A stretch of DNA of 64,000 nucleotides from Raja brachyura. Taxonomy: Eukaryota. Positions 63,152-64,000 of the stretch are shown here, in pieces; the stretch's first letter is position 1; every line of letters starts with the position of its first letter. The position numbers were made by a program, and so were the translations under genes. The stretch is taken from contig OY740814.1 of assembly GCA_963514005.1 (NCBI GenBank), positions 11,842,001-11,906,000 of the forward strand. Direction: 5' to 3'. The notes under the pieces were generated by a model. That model worked only from the letters and a program-made list of their open reading frames with translations, was not told where the DNA came from and did no database searches.

Positions 63152-64000
63152 TGTTGTAAAGAAGGAACTGCAGATGCTGGAGAATCGAGGGTTACACAAA
63201 AAGCTGGAGAAACTCAGCGGGTGCAGCAGCATCTAAGGAGCGAAGAAGATAGGCAACGTTTCGGGTCGAGACCCTTCTTCAGACTGGTCAGGGATCAGGG
63301 AAACAAGTGATATAGACGGTGATGTGGAGAGATAAAGAACAATGAATGAAAGATATGCAAAAAAGTATCGATGATAAAGGGAACAGGCCATTGTAAGCTG
63401 TTTGTAGTGTGAAAATGAGAAGCTAGTGCGACTTGGGTGGGGGAGAGATAGAGAGAGAAGGAATGCCAGGGCCCGAGGGCTGAGGGAGAGGGGAAGGGGA
63501 GGAGGCAGCCTGGGTTAACAGAATTGAGAAAATTCAATGTTTAAGTCCAGAGGATGTAGACTCCCCAAGCGGAAATATGAGGTGCTGTTCCTCCAACTTG
63601 CGGTGTTGCTCACTCTGGCCGTAGAGGAGGCCCAGGACTGAGAGGTCGGATACGGAATGGGAGGGGGAGTTGAAGTGCTGAGCCACCGGGAGGTCGGGTT
63701 GGTTATTGCGGACCGAGCGGAGGTGTTCGGCGAAACGATCGCCCAGCCTCCGCTTGCTCTCACCGATGTAGATCAGCTGGCATCTGGAGCAACGGATGCA
63801 GTAGATGAGGTTGGAGGAGGTGCAGGTGAACCTCTGTCGGACTTGGAAGGATTGCTTGGGTCCCTGAAAGGAGTGGATGGGGGAGGTGAAGGGACAAGTG
63901 TAGCATCTCTTGCGGTTGCAAGGGAAAGTGCCCGGGGAAGGGGTGGAGCGGGAGGGAAGGGATGAATTGACAAGGGAGTTGCGGAGGGAGCGGTTTTTGC
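63152..64000 (-). mobile_element. Young Penelope-like element 3' part (GIY-YIG endonuclease and terminal ribozyme), runs off window
   Basis: Minus strand YIGESKRRLGDRFAEH and HRKLEEQHLIF motifs; hammerhead core at about 63252-63285 on the same strand. Confidence 0.92.

Overview
Eukaryotic, AT-rich, repeat-dense vertebrate DNA, very probably from an elasmobranch (shark/skate/ray), judged from HE1/V-SINE, CR1 (HER1-like) and Penelope repeat content. Bases 57-15808 (+) carry the last coding exons of a ZNF280D-like C2H2 zinc-finger gene, with a 3'UTR probably reaching about 18560. About 43 kb of intergenic DNA follows, full of mobile elements: a Tc1 transposon, Sola2-like, Academ-like and Harbinger-like non-autonomous elements, Helitron-like elements, CR1, Rex1 and Penelope fragments, and two CTCF-like sites. 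Near 61400-61650 is a CpG-rich promoter with RFX X-boxes and an ATG-only first coding exon, probably MNS1 by synteny. The most unusual signal is a family of very short (about 90-220 bp), TSD-flanked insertions built around the minimal hammerhead ribozyme of the Penelope terminus, found as monomers and as fold-back dimers. All identifications come from reading the sequence and remembered family features; no searches were run. Repeat boundaries without a stated TSD or TIR are approximate.
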